64,000 nt of DNA from Octopus vulgaris (Eukaryota), in assembly GCA_951406725.2 (NCBI GenBank), contig OX597824.1:73656001-73720000 (forward strand). Direction: 5' to 3'. The notes under the pieces are model-generated. The model was not told where the DNA came from. It did no database searches and saw only the letters and a program-made list of their open reading frames with translations. Shown piece after piece: positions 12,201 to 26,336 of this stretch (position 1 is the first letter of the stretch; each line of letters starts with the position of its first letter). The position numbers and the translations under genes are program-made.

Positions 12201-13195
12201 TAAGTCTTTTGTTGTGCAAGCAAACTGCTAAGCCTTGTTATTTTTTTTTTATCACTGCTGCCTCCTCTTCCTCCACCTCCACCACCAAACAGAAAAATAA
12301 AGCAATCTAATGAAAAACTGGAGGTGTGTGGCTTAATGGTTAGGGTGTTGGACTCATGATCATAAGATTGTGGTTTTGATTGCTGGATTACTCTCTTTTT
12401 ACTCTTTTACTTGTTTCAGTCATTTAACTGTGGCCATGCAGGAGCACTGCCTTTAGTCGAGCAAATCGACTCCACGACTTATTCTTTGTAAGCCTAGTAC
12501 TTATTCTATCGGTCTCTTTTGCCGAACCGCTATGTTACGGGGATGTAAACACACCAGCATTGGTTGTCAAGTGATGTTGGGCGACAAACTCAGACACACA
12601 AACATATAGACACATATACATACATACATACATACATACATCATCATCATCATTGTTTAACATCCGTTTTCCATGCTAGCATGGGTTGGACGGTTCAACC
12701 GGGGTCTGGGAAGCCAGGCAGCTGCACCAGGCTCCAGTCTGATCTGGCAGTGTTTTTACAGCTGGATACCCTTCCTAACGGCAACCACTCCGTGAGTGTA
12801 GTGGGTGCTTTTTATGTGCCACCGGCACAGGTGCCAATATACATATATATATATACACACACACACACACGACAGGCTTCTTTCAGTTTCTGTCTACCAA
12901 ATCCACTCACAAGGCTTTGGTCGGCTCGAGGCTATAGTAGAAGACACTTGCCCAAGGTGCCACGCAGTGGGACTGAACCCCGAACCATGTGGTTGGTAAG
13001 CAAGCTACTTACCACACAGCCACTCATGCGCCTGATTGAGCAACATTCTGTGTCCTTGAGCAAAAGTAATCCTGCAATGGACTGGCATCCTGTCCAGGTG
13101 GGGAATATATGGAAACCGGGAAATCAGCCTTTATGAGTCTGTATGACTTGAGAAGGAAACTAAATTAAAAAATCCAATGAAAGAGCCTTTTATGT

Positions 13196-13429
13196 CAGTG
13201 GTTCTCAACCATTTTTAGCTTATGGGTCCCTTTGATTCTTATTTTGTTATACTGGGTCCCCGTAGACATTCAGGATGTAAAAAAGAAGTCTCATAGTTAT
13301 ATAATGAAATATTAGAAATTGTATTAAAAAATTTTTGAAATATTTTGTGAATCGTAGAAATGTAAATGATTTATTACAGATAAATTTTTAACAGCAACAT
13401 CTTTTCTGGACCCCAGTTGAGAACCATTA
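13196..13429. mobile_element. hAT (Charlie-like) MITE
   Basis: CAGTGGTTCTCAAC ... GTTGAGAACCATTA; TSD degenerate. Confidence 0.6.
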
Positions 13430-13822
13430 CTTTACATGGTTGCTTGACCTGCTGGAAATAGCAGCCTGATTTTCCTCAGGACGCTACGGTCAAGTTATAC
13501 AAATAAGAAGAAATCTTCACTAGGCATGCTATGGCCATGTGGTAAGGAAGTAAACTCTGCAAAAACATGGGTTTGGGTTCAATCCCATTGCATGGTAACT
13601 TAGACACATGTCTTTTACAATAGCTCTAGGTTGACCAGTATCTGGTGAGTGAATTTGGTAGATAGAAACCGTGCAGAAGCCTTTATCATTTAATGTCTGT
13701 TTTCCATGCTGGCATGAGTTGGATGGTTTGACATGAGCTGGTGGTCAGCTGCAAGCTGACCAGGCCCCAGTTTTCTGTTCTGGCAAAGTTTCTAACGCCT
13801 ACCACCTTCCAGAGTGTGCTGG

Positions 13823-14068
13823 GTGCTTTTTACGTGGCACCAGCATGAGTGCTTCTCGCATGGCACCAGCATAAGTGCTTCTTTCGTGGCACCGGCACGA
13901 GTGCTTTGTATGTGGCTCCAGTATAAGTGCTTTTTACATGGTGCTGGCACGAATGCCTCGGTACGTAGTGCCAACACCCTTTTACCTTTGTAAATGGCAC
14001 CAGCGCGAGTTCTTCCAATATGGTTCTGGCATGGGTGCTTTTTATGTGGCACCAGCTCAAGTGCTTTT
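13823..14068. repeat. 26-nt minisatellite (GTGCTTTTTACGTGGCACCAGCATGA-like), about 9 copies
   Basis: Tandem degenerate units ending ~40 nt before the acceptor of the PKD exon at 14108. Confidence 0.85.
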
Positions 14069-14107
14069 GAGTTAATTTCATTTCTTTTTCTTCTTCTCTT
14101 CTTTCAG

Positions 14108-14183
14108 CTCCTGAAGTATTGAAAAGCAAAGGATATAACCGATCATTGGACATGTGGTCTGTTGGTGTCATTGTATATGTAAG
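14108..14183 (+). CDS. PRKD: Protein kinase D exon (APE)
   Basis: tttcag|exon|gtaagc; (A)[24 protein letters not shown](S); phases 1-2 fit the neighbouring exons. Confidence 0.97.
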
Positions 14184-14234
14184 GTAAGCACAGTTTCTTT
14201 ATTTCATACAATTATCAGATAATTAAATAAAATA

Positions 14235-15486
14235 AATAAACACTGTTTGTTTAGTGGATAGAATCCTGCATTATGACAATTACAGCCTGGGTTTGCTTCT
14301 TTCTGGCTCTTGTGGTTGATAATATTTTTCATGTTAGGGCAGCAGCTGTATGATAGTTTAACAGAATTTCTGTTAAATATCTTCCTGTATCTATGTCCTA
14401 CAGGAAAGTGCTTATCTAAGAGTGTCAGGAATATTTTTCTGATATTCGGTTTCACACTTAAAGAAAAAGGAGGGGTGAACCAAATAATTTTTCTGGATCT
14501 GTTTTTAGAATATTTTTCTATAGTGTTGCACTTTTTCATGGACTTTACCATGCCCATTGTTATTATTATAGGTAGAAGACATCATATACACTAATTTTTC
14601 ATTGAAACCACTATTGGCTAACACTCTATTGTAATATGGAGCAGCCCTCTCAAAGATTTCCGTAGGGGAGGGGATATTAGACACTCTCTTGCTAATATTT
14701 GCCACCAGATTTTTAATTATGCTATGAGGGTAGCAGGATTGCCTATTTATCATCATCATCATCATCATCGTCTGATGTCAGCTTTCCATGCTTGCATGGG
14801 TTGGACGATTTGACTGAGCGCTGGCGAACCAGATGGCTGCACCAGGCTCCAATCTGATCTGGCAAAGTTTCTAGAGCTGGATATCCTTCCTAACGCCAAC
14901 CACACCGAGTGTAGTGGGTGCTTTTACGTGCCACCGGCGGTACTGGCAATGACCTCGCTCAAATCTTTTTACACATGCCACCAGCACAGGTGTTGGTAAC
15001 AATCACGCTCGAATAGTGCCTTTTACGTGCCACTGGCACGGAGACCAGTTAGCCGCTCTGGCAATGATCACGTTCGAATGGTGCTCTTAGCACCCTACTA
15101 GCAAGGGGCTCAAGTGCCAGTAAGGCAATGCTGGTAACGATCACACTCGAATGGTGCTTTTTATGTCCCACTGGTACGGAAGCCGGTTAGCCACTCTGTC
15201 AACAATCACACTTGTATGGTGCTCTTTGCACCACACTAGCACGGATGCCAGTTATCGAATTTGATTTTAATTTCACTTGCCTCAACAGGTCTTCGCAAGC
15301 AAGAGTTATACATACATATATATATATTAATTTCTCATTAATTTTATGGTATGGCTTATATGAAGGGGTATTTAGATGTAATGAAACATCTAAATACTCA
15401 ACTGTTGAAAGATTAGTAACAACAGTTATTTTCAACCCTCATTGGTTGAACATTGAGATAAATGTTTTTTGAAACTTATCAAGCAT
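14235..15486 (-). mobile_element. Penelope-like retroelement fragment (RT C-terminus, thumb and Cys-rich linker), split by a repeat at ~14749-15308
   Basis: Peptides GLKITVVTNLSTVEYLDVSLHLNTPSYKPYHK, INRQSCYPHSIIKNL..FERAAPYYNRVLANSGF and RKIIWFTPPFSLSVKPNI..KIFNRNSVKLSYSCCPNM..CNC are typical of marine-invertebrate PLEs. Contains stops and frameshifts. Confidence 0.8.
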
Positions 15487-15924
15487 ATGTCCATTACATC
15501 CATGAGAAACAATCAAGCCATCATCATGGTACAAACCAACATCATGAGATGGGTATCTATTCTTCAATATTTTTTTTTTATTATTATTTCAATTTTTATT
15601 ATTATTATTATTACTTTTTTTTTTCTTCTTCTTTCAAATTTGCTTCCATTTCTTGCCGAGTGTCTTCCCGACTCCTAGGGCAAAGAAACTCATAGTATAC
15701 ATTGGTAGGCCATTAAACCAAACTCAGTAGTTCGTTAATTTTTTTTTTTTTTTTTTTAATTAAAATACATGAGCAGCAACAGTTCTCACATCGACAATGC
15801 TCTTCTCAATACATGTGATGTACCAGTTAAGACAATCTTTTGCACTTGCAGGGATGGTAAGCCAGGGATCATTCTCATATAATTATTATTATATTATAAT
15901 TATTATTATTATTATTATATTATA

Positions 15925-15972
<48 letters not shown>

Positions 15973-17294
15973 TCAATTTTTATTATTCATTCACCTATCT
16001 TGGTGGAATCTTCTGTTAGGTACGTTTTGCTTTCATATCACTTCACACCTGTCCTCTATTTAAACGTAAACCTCTTGGTTGGACAGTTCAATCAGTGCCA
16101 GGTGAATGTATTTATGTATGTGAAACTATTTGTAGCACATATAATGCATGTAGTGTGAAGCATTTATAGTAATATATATATATATATATGCATGTATATT
16201 TGTATTCATGTCTGTATGTATATACGTACATATGTATGTAAGTATATAATTTATGTACATATTTATGTGTGTATGTATGTATGTATATATATATATATAG
16301 GTGCATATATATATATATATATATACATATCATCATGATCATCATTTGTCTGCTTCCCATGCTAGCATGGGTTGGACGATTTGACTGAGGACTAGTGAAC
16401 CAGATGGCTGCACCAGGCTCCAATCTGATCTAGCAGAGTTTTCACAGCTGGATGCCTTCCAAAGAGTGTTGTGGGTGTTTTTATGTGCCACTTGCACGAG
16501 GGCCAGTCAAGCGGTACTGGCAACATCATCATCATCATCGTTTAGCGTCCGCTTTCCATGCTAGCATGGGTTGGATGGTTCAACTGGGGTCTGGGAAGCC
16601 AGAAGGCTGCACCAGGCTCCAGTCTGATCTGGCAGTGTTTCTACAGCTGGATGCCATTCCTAACGCCAACCACTCCGTGAGTGTAGTGGGTGCTTTTTAC
16701 GTGCCACCGGCACAACTGCCAGACGAAACTGGCAAATGGCCACGATCGGATGGTGTTTTTTACATGCCACTGGCACGGGAGCCAGACGAGGCTGGCAATA
16801 GCCACAAACGAATGGTGCTTTATATGTGCCACCGGCACGAGGCCAGTTGCGGCAGCGCTGGCAACGGCCACGTTCGGATGGTTCTCTTACGTGCCACTGG
16901 CACTGGTATCACGGCTGCAATTTCCATTGATGTTGATCGATTTTGATATATATATATATATCTCACAGGACAATCCAGGCTATCAGATGTTACACATCAC
17001 TGGTCACAGTGTGCTTTGCATTGTTTCAACCATTGGATGACACCACCCTGCTGGCTAGGGAAGCAGGCCGACATTCCCCACTGGAGCAGTATGAAATGAA
17101 GTGTTTTGTTCAAGAACACAATGTGCTGCCCAGCCTCGGAATCAAACCCATGTTCTAGAGATTGTGAGTGCAGCACACTAACCAGTGAGGCCACATGCTC
17201 ACACACACATTTGATATGCACATGCATCATTGCATTCCATTTGATACCAGTATCTGAAAACCATTTTTGTTTTTGATTTAATTCCATGATCCAG

Positions 17295-17401
17295 TCTAAG
17301 TGGCACGTTTCCATTCAATGAAGATGAAGATATTGGTGACCAAATTCAAAATGCCTCATTTATGTACCCATTCAATCCTTGGAAAGATATATCTCAGGAA
17401 G
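17295..17401 (+). CDS. PRKD: Protein kinase D exon
   Basis: atccag|exon|gtatga; (S)[35 protein letters not shown]; phases 2-1. Confidence 0.97.
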
Positions 17402-18675
17402 GTATGATCTGTCATAATATTTCTTATTACTCTCTGTTTTATGCACACAACAAATTTATTACAAAAAGATTTGTCACAAAAATATGATCAGTCATAATGT
17501 TATTTACTCTCTGCACCACCATCGCCAGCTACATGATTTTTATCATCGTTATCATCTTCATCTTTATGTCATCATCATCATCATGTGCATTATTGTCATT
17601 CTCATAATATTACCAGCACTCCTCTTGCCTTCCCTCCTCCTCCTCATCATCATCATCAGCAGCATCACCATCATGATCATCAATATTTTCATTATCATTA
17701 TCACTATCATCATCATCATCATAAAAGCTACCACCATCACCTCATTACTACATTACCTCTCCCCCTCCTCACCTCATCATCATCACCACCACTACCGCGA
17801 CCATCATCATTAGCTCCTTTTTCACCATCACCACTATCATTACCATATAACCACTGTTGAGGCAGCAAGTAAACTACTATGTGGTTACTCAACATGCTAG
17901 AAGCAGCAACCAAATTGTTATCAGATCACACCCTAACAACTAAAATGAATGAAACCTGGAAACAAATAGCATTGTTTGTATAACAGTGATGCTCGTTTAC
18001 AACCATCACATGTATCAAAGCAAAAGTACACACACACACACACACACACATAAATACATACACATATACATATGTACAGGTGTGGCTGTGTGGTAAGAAG
18101 CTTGCTTCCCTACTTCATGGTTCTGGGTTCATTCCTATGCGTGGTACCTTGGGCAAGTGTCTTCTACTATAGACTCAGGCTGACCAAAGCCTTGTGAGTG
18201 GATTTGGTACAAGGAAACTGAAAGAAGCCCGTTGTATATATATTTATGTGTATGTCTGTATTTATCCCCTGCCATCGCTTGACAACTGTCCCCCATAACT
18301 TAGCAGTTTGGCAAAAGAGATCAATAGAATATGTACTGGCCTTACAAAGAATTAATTCCTGGGGTTGATTTCTTCTACTAAAACCCTTTAGAGTGGTGCT
18401 CAAGCATGGTTGCAGTCAAATGCCTGAAATGTGTATCAGAATAAAAGAGTCAAAGAATATATAGAGAGGGTGGGCCCCTTCCAATTTCCATCTACAAAAT
18501 GCATTCACAACACTGGCTGGAGCTTTGGTTGCCCTGGGGCTGTAGTAGAAGATACTTGCTCAAAGTGCTATGCAGTGAGCTGAACCTGAGACCACATGGT
18601 TGGAAAGCAAACTTCTTAAGCACACAGCCATGCCTGTGCCTGTAGCCCATGCTAGGGTTACGATAATGTGAGATC

Positions 18676-18980
18676 ACCTTCGGTCATGACTGATCATGTG
18701 ATTGCACCTAGAAAGTTACCCTCCCAGGCACATGTCTGGGCAAGGTTGTATATGGAAGACCAGCAGTCGCCCATGCATACCACCCTCCCCTCTCCTTGCA
18801 ACCAGTGTTATCCAAAGGAAAGGTAAAGGCCGATACAGCTTGGCACCTGTGATGTTGCAACACATTTCTACTGCTGAGTGAACAGGGGCAACGTGAAATA
18901 AAGCAGCCCGGTCCGGGATTCGAACTCACAACCTCACGATTGTAAGCTTGACGCTCTAACCACTGAGCCATGCGCTTTCA
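18676..18980 (-). mobile_element. tRNA-derived SINE family E
   Basis: Head GCGCATGGCTCAGTGGTTAGAGCG...GAGTTCGAATCC followed by a non-tRNA body; related heads at ~17150 and ~62640. Confidence 0.7.
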
Positions 18981-19532
18981 CGGGGTAACAATAATAATGA
19001 TGAGCTAATTGTATACAGTGCTCATGTACACTGCAACTTGTTGGAAAAGGTTAAATGAGGGGTTCAGAAAGTAGACAGATAAGTCAAGAAGAGAAAGACA
19101 GCAATGAAACCGGAAATACATGTACAGTAACAGAAAGAAAATACAAAAACTACTCACCCTTATACAAAAGAATAAAGTAAAACAAATACACAAAAACTAG
19201 AATTTAAAGAAAAAAAAGGAGTAAGAAATACATGTGTGTCTTCCATGAATTGGAAGATATTAATTAATGGCTGGTAGATCTGTGACAAACAGTGGATTCT
19301 AAGCTAAGTGGATTCGAAACCAAATCCACATTTTTATCAATTGTCAAACAAATTTCCAGTCTGTTGTTTTTTTCCTCTCTGCATTTAGAGATTAATGAGA
19401 ATGAGTTGATTTCTTGGACCTTTTCAGGGTATCCAAGGGTCAAGACAAATAATTCTGAAGAAATTCTGATGTTCTTGGTTGACCTACTTTAATATACAGA
19501 CAAATATAAATATTTATAAATGCAGACATAAA

Positions 19533-19943
19533 TCTATAATTTAAATTGGACATGGGCAATCGTTGTATTCTTTCTTGTCTTGAGGTTCACAGCCAAACAG
19601 CGAGGTGGATTCACGTGAAAAATGGCACACATGTGGAGACGGGTGCATAGATTGGAATGCAGTTTGTATTTTTTTCCTACCCCCCATACTTACCGAGAAA
19701 ATCGATGAAATCTTTTTCTAATGGAATTACCCTCTTTCTTCCACCATTAAAACAACCAGTTGCTTAGAAGCTGTTTTCTGACGGGGTGGGGTCAGGAAAT
19801 TTTCATACAGCTGGAGGCTCCAATCGAAACAGGGGACCCAAAATGATAAGGTTGAGAAACACTGTTATAGATTATGCCTAACCGAAAAATGAACACAGCC
19901 ACATTATCCAAACAGACCGGGTGAAACCGGGCTTAGCTGCTAG
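19533..19943 (+). mobile_element. Non-autonomous Helitron
   Basis: A|TC start; subterminal GC-rich hairpin ccgggtgaaaccgg; ends CTAG|T. Confidence 0.65.
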
Positions 19944-20075
19944 TATAATATAAATATACAGACAAATGTCAAGTCCACCACTGTGGTAAAGGTGATGCCA
20001 AACCAGGAGCACTGACCTGTCCTTAAAAAGAGAAAATAGAATTTTCACTCTCTCTAATTATAAAGACAAGTATTC

Positions 20076-20457
20076 TGGAAGCACTCCGTCGGTTCCGACA
20101 ATGAGGGTTCCGGTTGATCCGAATCAACGGAACAGCCTGCTCGTGAAATTAACGTGTAAGTGGCTGAGCACTCCACAGACACGTGTACCCTTAACGTAGT
20201 TCTCGGGGATATTCAGCGTGACACAGAGAGTGTCAAGGCCAGCCCTTTGAAATACAGGTACAACAGAAACAGGAAGTAAGAGTGAGAGAAAGTTGTGGTG
20301 AAAGAGTACAGCAGGGATCACCACCATCCCTGCCGGAGCCTCGTGGAGCCTTAGGTGTTTTCGCTCAATAAACAATCGCAACACCCGGTCTTGGAATCGA
20401 AACCGTGATCCTATGACCACGGGTCCGCTGCCCTAACCACTGGGCCATTGCGCCTCC
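20076..20457 (-). mobile_element. tRNA-derived SINE family D
   Basis: Same head and body as 54921-55304. Confidence 0.9.
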
Positions 20458-21406
20458 ACAGAGACAAGTATTACTATGTCTTTCTTTGTAGCAGTTGCAG
20501 AGAGACTTCTAACCTCCATGGGTCCAAAGAAAATATTTTACTGCATCAACAAACAAATCACATATATACACATAACAATGCAACGATGTCCACTGTCATA
20601 ATTAATATTGTTCTGTTCATCAATTATTTCTCCAATGCATCTTCTCATTTAATCATCATTGTTACATCATCATTAATGTCCGTTTTCCATGCTGGCATGG
20701 GTTGGAGAGTTTGACTGGAGCTGGTAAGGCTAAGGGCCGCACCAGATTCTATTGTCTGTTCTGACATGGTTTTTGTGACTGGATGCCCTTCCTTATGCCT
20801 ATTTCTTTGCTACTCACAAGGGGCTAAACACAGAGAGGGGACAAACAAGGACAGACACACGGATTAAGTCGATTACATCGACCCCAGTACGTAACTGGTA
20901 CTTAATTTATCGACCCTGAAAGGATGAAAGGCAAAGTCGACCTCGGCAGAATTTGAACTTAGAACCTAACGGCAGATGAAACTACCGCTTAGCGTTTCGC
21001 CCGGCATGCTAACGATTCTGCCAGCTCGCTGCCTTCGCCCTTCCTTATGCCATCCACACCACACCCAATGAACTGGGTGCTTTTTATGTGACACCAGCAC
21101 TTGTATCAATTCTGCTATGGCAAGGCACCAGATATCTGGGTTCTTTGGTCATCTCCTTTGTAAGTTCGTCAGGCTCGATGCTCTTGAGATCGGCCCTCAA
21201 TACTTCGCCCCCTGTCTTCCTTGGTCTCCGTCTTCCACAGATCCCTGAAAATTTGTATTGTATGCCTTCAAACTTGTAACCTTTTCCAGACCAGTTTTAA
21301 AATGTCTTCTGTCTCTTGAATTCGTAATTGTGTGTATGCATATGAAATACAGTCATTGCAGAGTTGTCTCCACTTGATTTTATTCTCTACATCTTTTATT
21401 TCACAG

Positions 21407-21492
21407 CCATCGATTTGATTAATAACTTGCTCCAAGTAAACATGAGGAAACGTTTTACAGTGGATAAATCGTTAGCACACGTGTGGCTTCAG
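21407..21492 (+). CDS. PRKD: Protein kinase D exon
   Basis: tcacag|exon|gtaatc; (A)[28 protein letters not shown]. Confidence 0.97.
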
Positions 21493-21963
21493 GTAATCTT
21501 CTCTCCTGTTTCTCTTCTCTTCTTACCTTTTTTTTCACTGATGCTTCCTTTCTACTATGCATCACATGTAGAGTTCATAACAACATTATGTATTAGTGGG
21601 TGGCAGTGATAAGCAGTGATGTATGTAAATACAGGGTTATTACCAGTTCAAATATGCTTGGGGATTATTCGAACCTGTAAGAAAGCTAAATGACAGAACT
21701 CAGTGAATGGTTTTCTTGTGGGTTTGAATATGCCCCAAACATGTTTGAACTTTTTGACTCTTTTATTTGTTTCAGTCATTTGACTGTGACCATGCTGGAT
21801 CACTGCCTTTAGTCAAGCAGTTGACCCCAGGACTTATTCTTTGTAAGCCTAGTACTTATTCTATCGGTCTCTTTTGCCGAACTGCTAAGTTATGGGGACA
21901 TAAACACACCAGCATTGGTTGTCAAGCAATGTTGGGGGAACAAAAACACAGACACACAAATAT

Positions 21964-22042
<79 letters not shown>

Positions 22043-22275
22043 ATGGGCTTCTTTCATTTTCCATCTACCAAATCCCTTCACAAGGCTTTGGTCGGCCCGA
22101 AGCTATAGTAGAAGACACTTGCCCAAGGTGCCTCACAGTGGGACTGAACCCGGAACCATGTGGTTCGTAAGCAAGCCACTCCTACGCCTATAGTAAATTT
22201 GGCTGCTACTTCTGTTATGTCAAACAACCTTCAAGTACCAATTATTTACTCTTCTTTCTTTTTCCTAATTTTCAG

Positions 22276-22479
22276 GATTATCTGACATGGTGTGATCTCC
22301 GGATGCTTGAATCCTTGGTGGGCAGTCGATATCTTACTCACGAATCCGATGACGAAAGGTGGGAGTTGTTCAGACAAGAACAGAATCTGGACAGCTGGTT
22401 AGATCTTGGCCATTCAGGGCCTCATGAAAGTTTCTGCCTCAGTAAAAACCGGGACCAGAAATCAACTAATGGGGTTTAA
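22276..22479 (+). CDS. PRKD: Protein kinase D terminal coding exon
   Basis: tttcag|[70 protein letters not shown]; the PKD motif RYxTHESDD is present. Confidence 0.92.
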   Translation, partial: DYLTWCDLRMLESLVGSRYLTHESDDERWELFRQEQNLDSWLDLGHSGPHESFCLSKNRDQKSTNGV

Positions 22480-22706
22480 AAACGATCTGAAATTTATGTT
22501 ATACACACACAAACACATGAAATTTTATACATACATGTGTATACACCCACTCAAACATCAACACACATACACACATAATTCTTTTACAAGAACTGTATTG
22601 ACAATGAGTTTGAAGTTTTGATCTGCTAAACTCCATTGCACTGTCTGCTGAAGGCTAGCAGGCCAAAACTTCGAAGTCCCTATCAATCTTATTCTTGTAA
22701 AAGAAC

Positions 22707-22712
22707 AATAAA
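22707..22712 (+). promoter_or_regulatory. Candidate proximal polyadenylation signal of PRKD
   Basis: First AATAAA about 230 nt after the stop codon. The AT-rich background makes it uncertain. Confidence 0.4.
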
Positions 22713-22805
22713 TGTGTACTCTAAAAAAGTAAATCTTTCACATTAACATAAAATTGTTCTCATTATAACTCAACATAAAAACAAACATTAATATATATAT
22801 TATAA

Positions 22806-23065
<260 letters not shown>

Positions 23066-23380
23066 GTTAAACAGACATCAAACATTAAATGGCAAAGCAA
23101 ACATCTCCAAGTCATGTACAATATTATAATAGGAAGAAATTTTGAATTTCTTCCAATAATAATATTATATATGACTTGAGATGTTTGCCTTGCCTTAATG
23201 TTTGCTGTCCTGTTTAACATTTATATATCCTCTGCATTGGAAATCTGCAACGGCTCCATAACTATTGTCTCGGCCATAACCTTGGAGCCCAAGGAATCCA
23301 TTGCAGCACTTACCTAGCGTACCTAATTGTTTAGATCACCTGTGAACTAAACACCCATACTTTGTGTGTGTGTGTATGTA

Positions 23381-23460
<80 letters not shown>

Positions 23461-23593
23461 TATATATACACATATATATATATACACACATATATATATA
23501 TACACATATATATATATACACATATATATATATACACATATATATATATATATACACATATATATATATACACATATATATATATATATACAC

Positions 23594-23624
<31 letters not shown>

Positions 23625-23673
23625 CACATATATATATATATACACATATATATATACATATATATATATACAC

Positions 23674-23712
<39 letters not shown>

Positions 23713-26283
23713 CGTGTATATGTGAGTGTGTGGTGTGTGAGATTTATTTTACACACACACACACACACACATGCATACTTACAGATATATGTATATGTAT
23801 ACATTTAGTGCTCACTCAGTGACTTATTTCCAGTTCTCACTCATATAACGTGCAGCCATTAATTGCTAATTAAAATGGTCCTCGTTTTCTCTGTCCCCCC
23901 CCCCACCTCTATCTCAATTTCTCACTCACTTTCTCTTTCTCTAATTTACAAAAAAAAAAAAAAAAACACAAATTAATGGTCATTCTTTTTTTTAAACATT
24001 TAAGAAAAATTTTTAAACTAAATTATATACTGGATTCATTTTTTTTTTTTTTTTTGCAATTTTAATAAAAAAAAAATGAAAAAAAAAATAATGGGTGTAT
24101 AGGTGAGTTATTGGTTCTGTACTGGGATAAAGCTTTGCCAATGGATGGTGTTTTCAAATAACCCTCTCCATCTCTCTCTTTTTTTCTTCTTTCTAACCCT
24201 GGTTTATTAGTCTGCTACATACATATATAGTTGCTACCCATCAAATCTACAACTGCTGATTACTTTCAAGTTATATTGTCAATACTAATACTGTACATTC
24301 ATATGAGTAAAATTCAAAATTCTTTGATAAGCTTATGTTCTGTGTGCTACGGAAAGGGGCGAGTTCTAACTTTTCAAATTTCTTTGCTTCTAGCTTTTTT
24401 TTTTTCACATATCAGGTCATGTCATTTTGGTAGTATTTTTACCATTGGGAACCTGGAGGTTTTTTTTTTCCATTTTTATTGAAGTAACATTGTGCTGACA
24501 TCCTTCTCCTTTGTAAGATATGGGTATTGTTGGGTCTCAAGGAATCCATTTGCTTTTGACAGGTTTTCATCTTTTATTTAATCCTGTTAGGTGTCCACAT
24601 ATTGTCTTTACTGGGCAACCCTTGAAGAGACCCTGTTTTTACTGACCCTTTGACCATTAGCATGTGGTTTATATTATAACCAGTTGCTGGTTTCCATATT
24701 TACATATATAAATGTGTGTGTGTGAATGGATGGGAATGTAAACTACTGCAACTTTATAATCCATTTCACGTAACACTCTGAACAACCTTAAAGATGATGA
24801 TGATAACACTTCATTACATAAATAATAATACTGCCCTACTCAGGGCTTATAAGAGTAGGTTTTGGCTGGTACATTGATCCAGGGCCCAGAGAGCCAAAGA
24901 AGAGCCTATAATTGTCTACTAGGCCTCTCCTTATTAAAAAAAAAAAATGAAATAACCCAGCACCTTTGAATTCTGCAACAGTTTTGTTCAGGCTTGCTAA
25001 ATTTCTCTCAGAAGCTTTGGTCTTTCATATCAGACAACTACTGTTTATGTTTGGATAATGGCCCTTCTTCATAATGGCTGTCTGCCTGTAAACTATACTG
25101 TCATCTATTTTAACACTACCATTTGGTCCTTGGGTATGGTCTACTGTATCACAAGTATTGGAACCAGATTTCTAGTGTGAGGATAATTTGATATCTTGAT
25201 GTGTGACCCTTCCTACAATTACAACCCATAAGCTGTTGGTTTCTGTCTCCCAACTTCTTAGTCCATTGGAAGGACCATGTATATCTGTTTTAGAGTGACA
25301 TGTTCAGGCATGGCTGTGTGGTTAAGAAGTTTGCTTCTTAAACACATGGTTTCAGGTTCAGTCCCACTGCGTGGCACCTTGGGCAAGTCTGTTCTGCTAT
25401 AGTCCCAGCTGGCTAATGCCTTGAGAAGATTTGGGTAGATGAAAACTGAAAGAAGCCTGTTGTGTGAGTGAGTGTGTATGCTTGTGTCTCCTTCCCTTGA
25501 TATTGTGTCTAGCACCTTGGGTGCCTTTAGTAGAGACTATTCTGTGGTGAGCATCTGAGCCAGGGCCTCCAGTTTGAGGATACCTTTTCCCTTTCCCTCC
25601 CACCAGTTTCAGAGGTCCTTCAAAAGGGTTCATGAGTACTACCTTCCTTTCCGAGTATAAGATTGAAACAAAGAAGGGTATTAAAACGGTTTTAAAACAG
25701 AGAAGGGTGCATCCATCGCATTTTGTTGCCAAGTTGCAAAAGAATACACATGCATGAATACAGCGTATCAAAAGCACTCAACTTTTCTAAATAGCCCAGT
25801 ATTTTTTTGATTCATCGCAAAACCTCATGGCACACTCATGGAACAAAGGTAGCACACATTTGTGTCACAGTATAGTGGGGTTGGGGGAACATATCTACAC
25901 TAACATGTATAGTATTTTACCTTGAAAGCATTAATTACAAACCAGATATATTAATGTAACCTCTTTGTTTTGTAATTTGTATTGTCTCTCTCGCTCATTT
26001 CTGTTCATTCTCACCTCCTTCCTCTCGTGACTCTATCTCACCTTCATTCTCTTTTTCTACCTCTCTCTCACTCATTCTCTCTCTTTCTATGTCTTTTCCT
26101 TCCTCTCCCTATATTTCCATTCCATCATCTTTCTCTTTCTTTTAATCCCTCCAATCTTCCTTTCTCTCTCTCTTTCTTTTTCTCTTGATCTAATTCTCTC
26201 TCTCTCCCTCTCTGGCAAAACCAACCAGGAGATTTCTGATGATCGATAAAATATTAGAATCTTTATGAAATATATATATATCT

Positions 26284-26336
<53 letters not shown>

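Noticed and set aside
12564-13136. Recurrent ORFs with PKVPRSGTEP, CHAVGLNPEP or LQLDALPNANHS peptides
   Set aside because: Translations of SINE family A and repeat family C, not a gene family.
18905-18980. tRNA-like heads here and at ~20385-20457, ~55230-55304 and ~60131-60205
   Set aside because: They have A/B boxes but poor cloverleaf pairing and continue into repeat bodies, so they are SINE heads, not tRNA genes.
22644-22675. ctgctgaaggctagcaggccaaaac hammerhead-like string in the PKD 3' UTR
   Set aside because: The core is mutated at two positions and no stem I can be formed.
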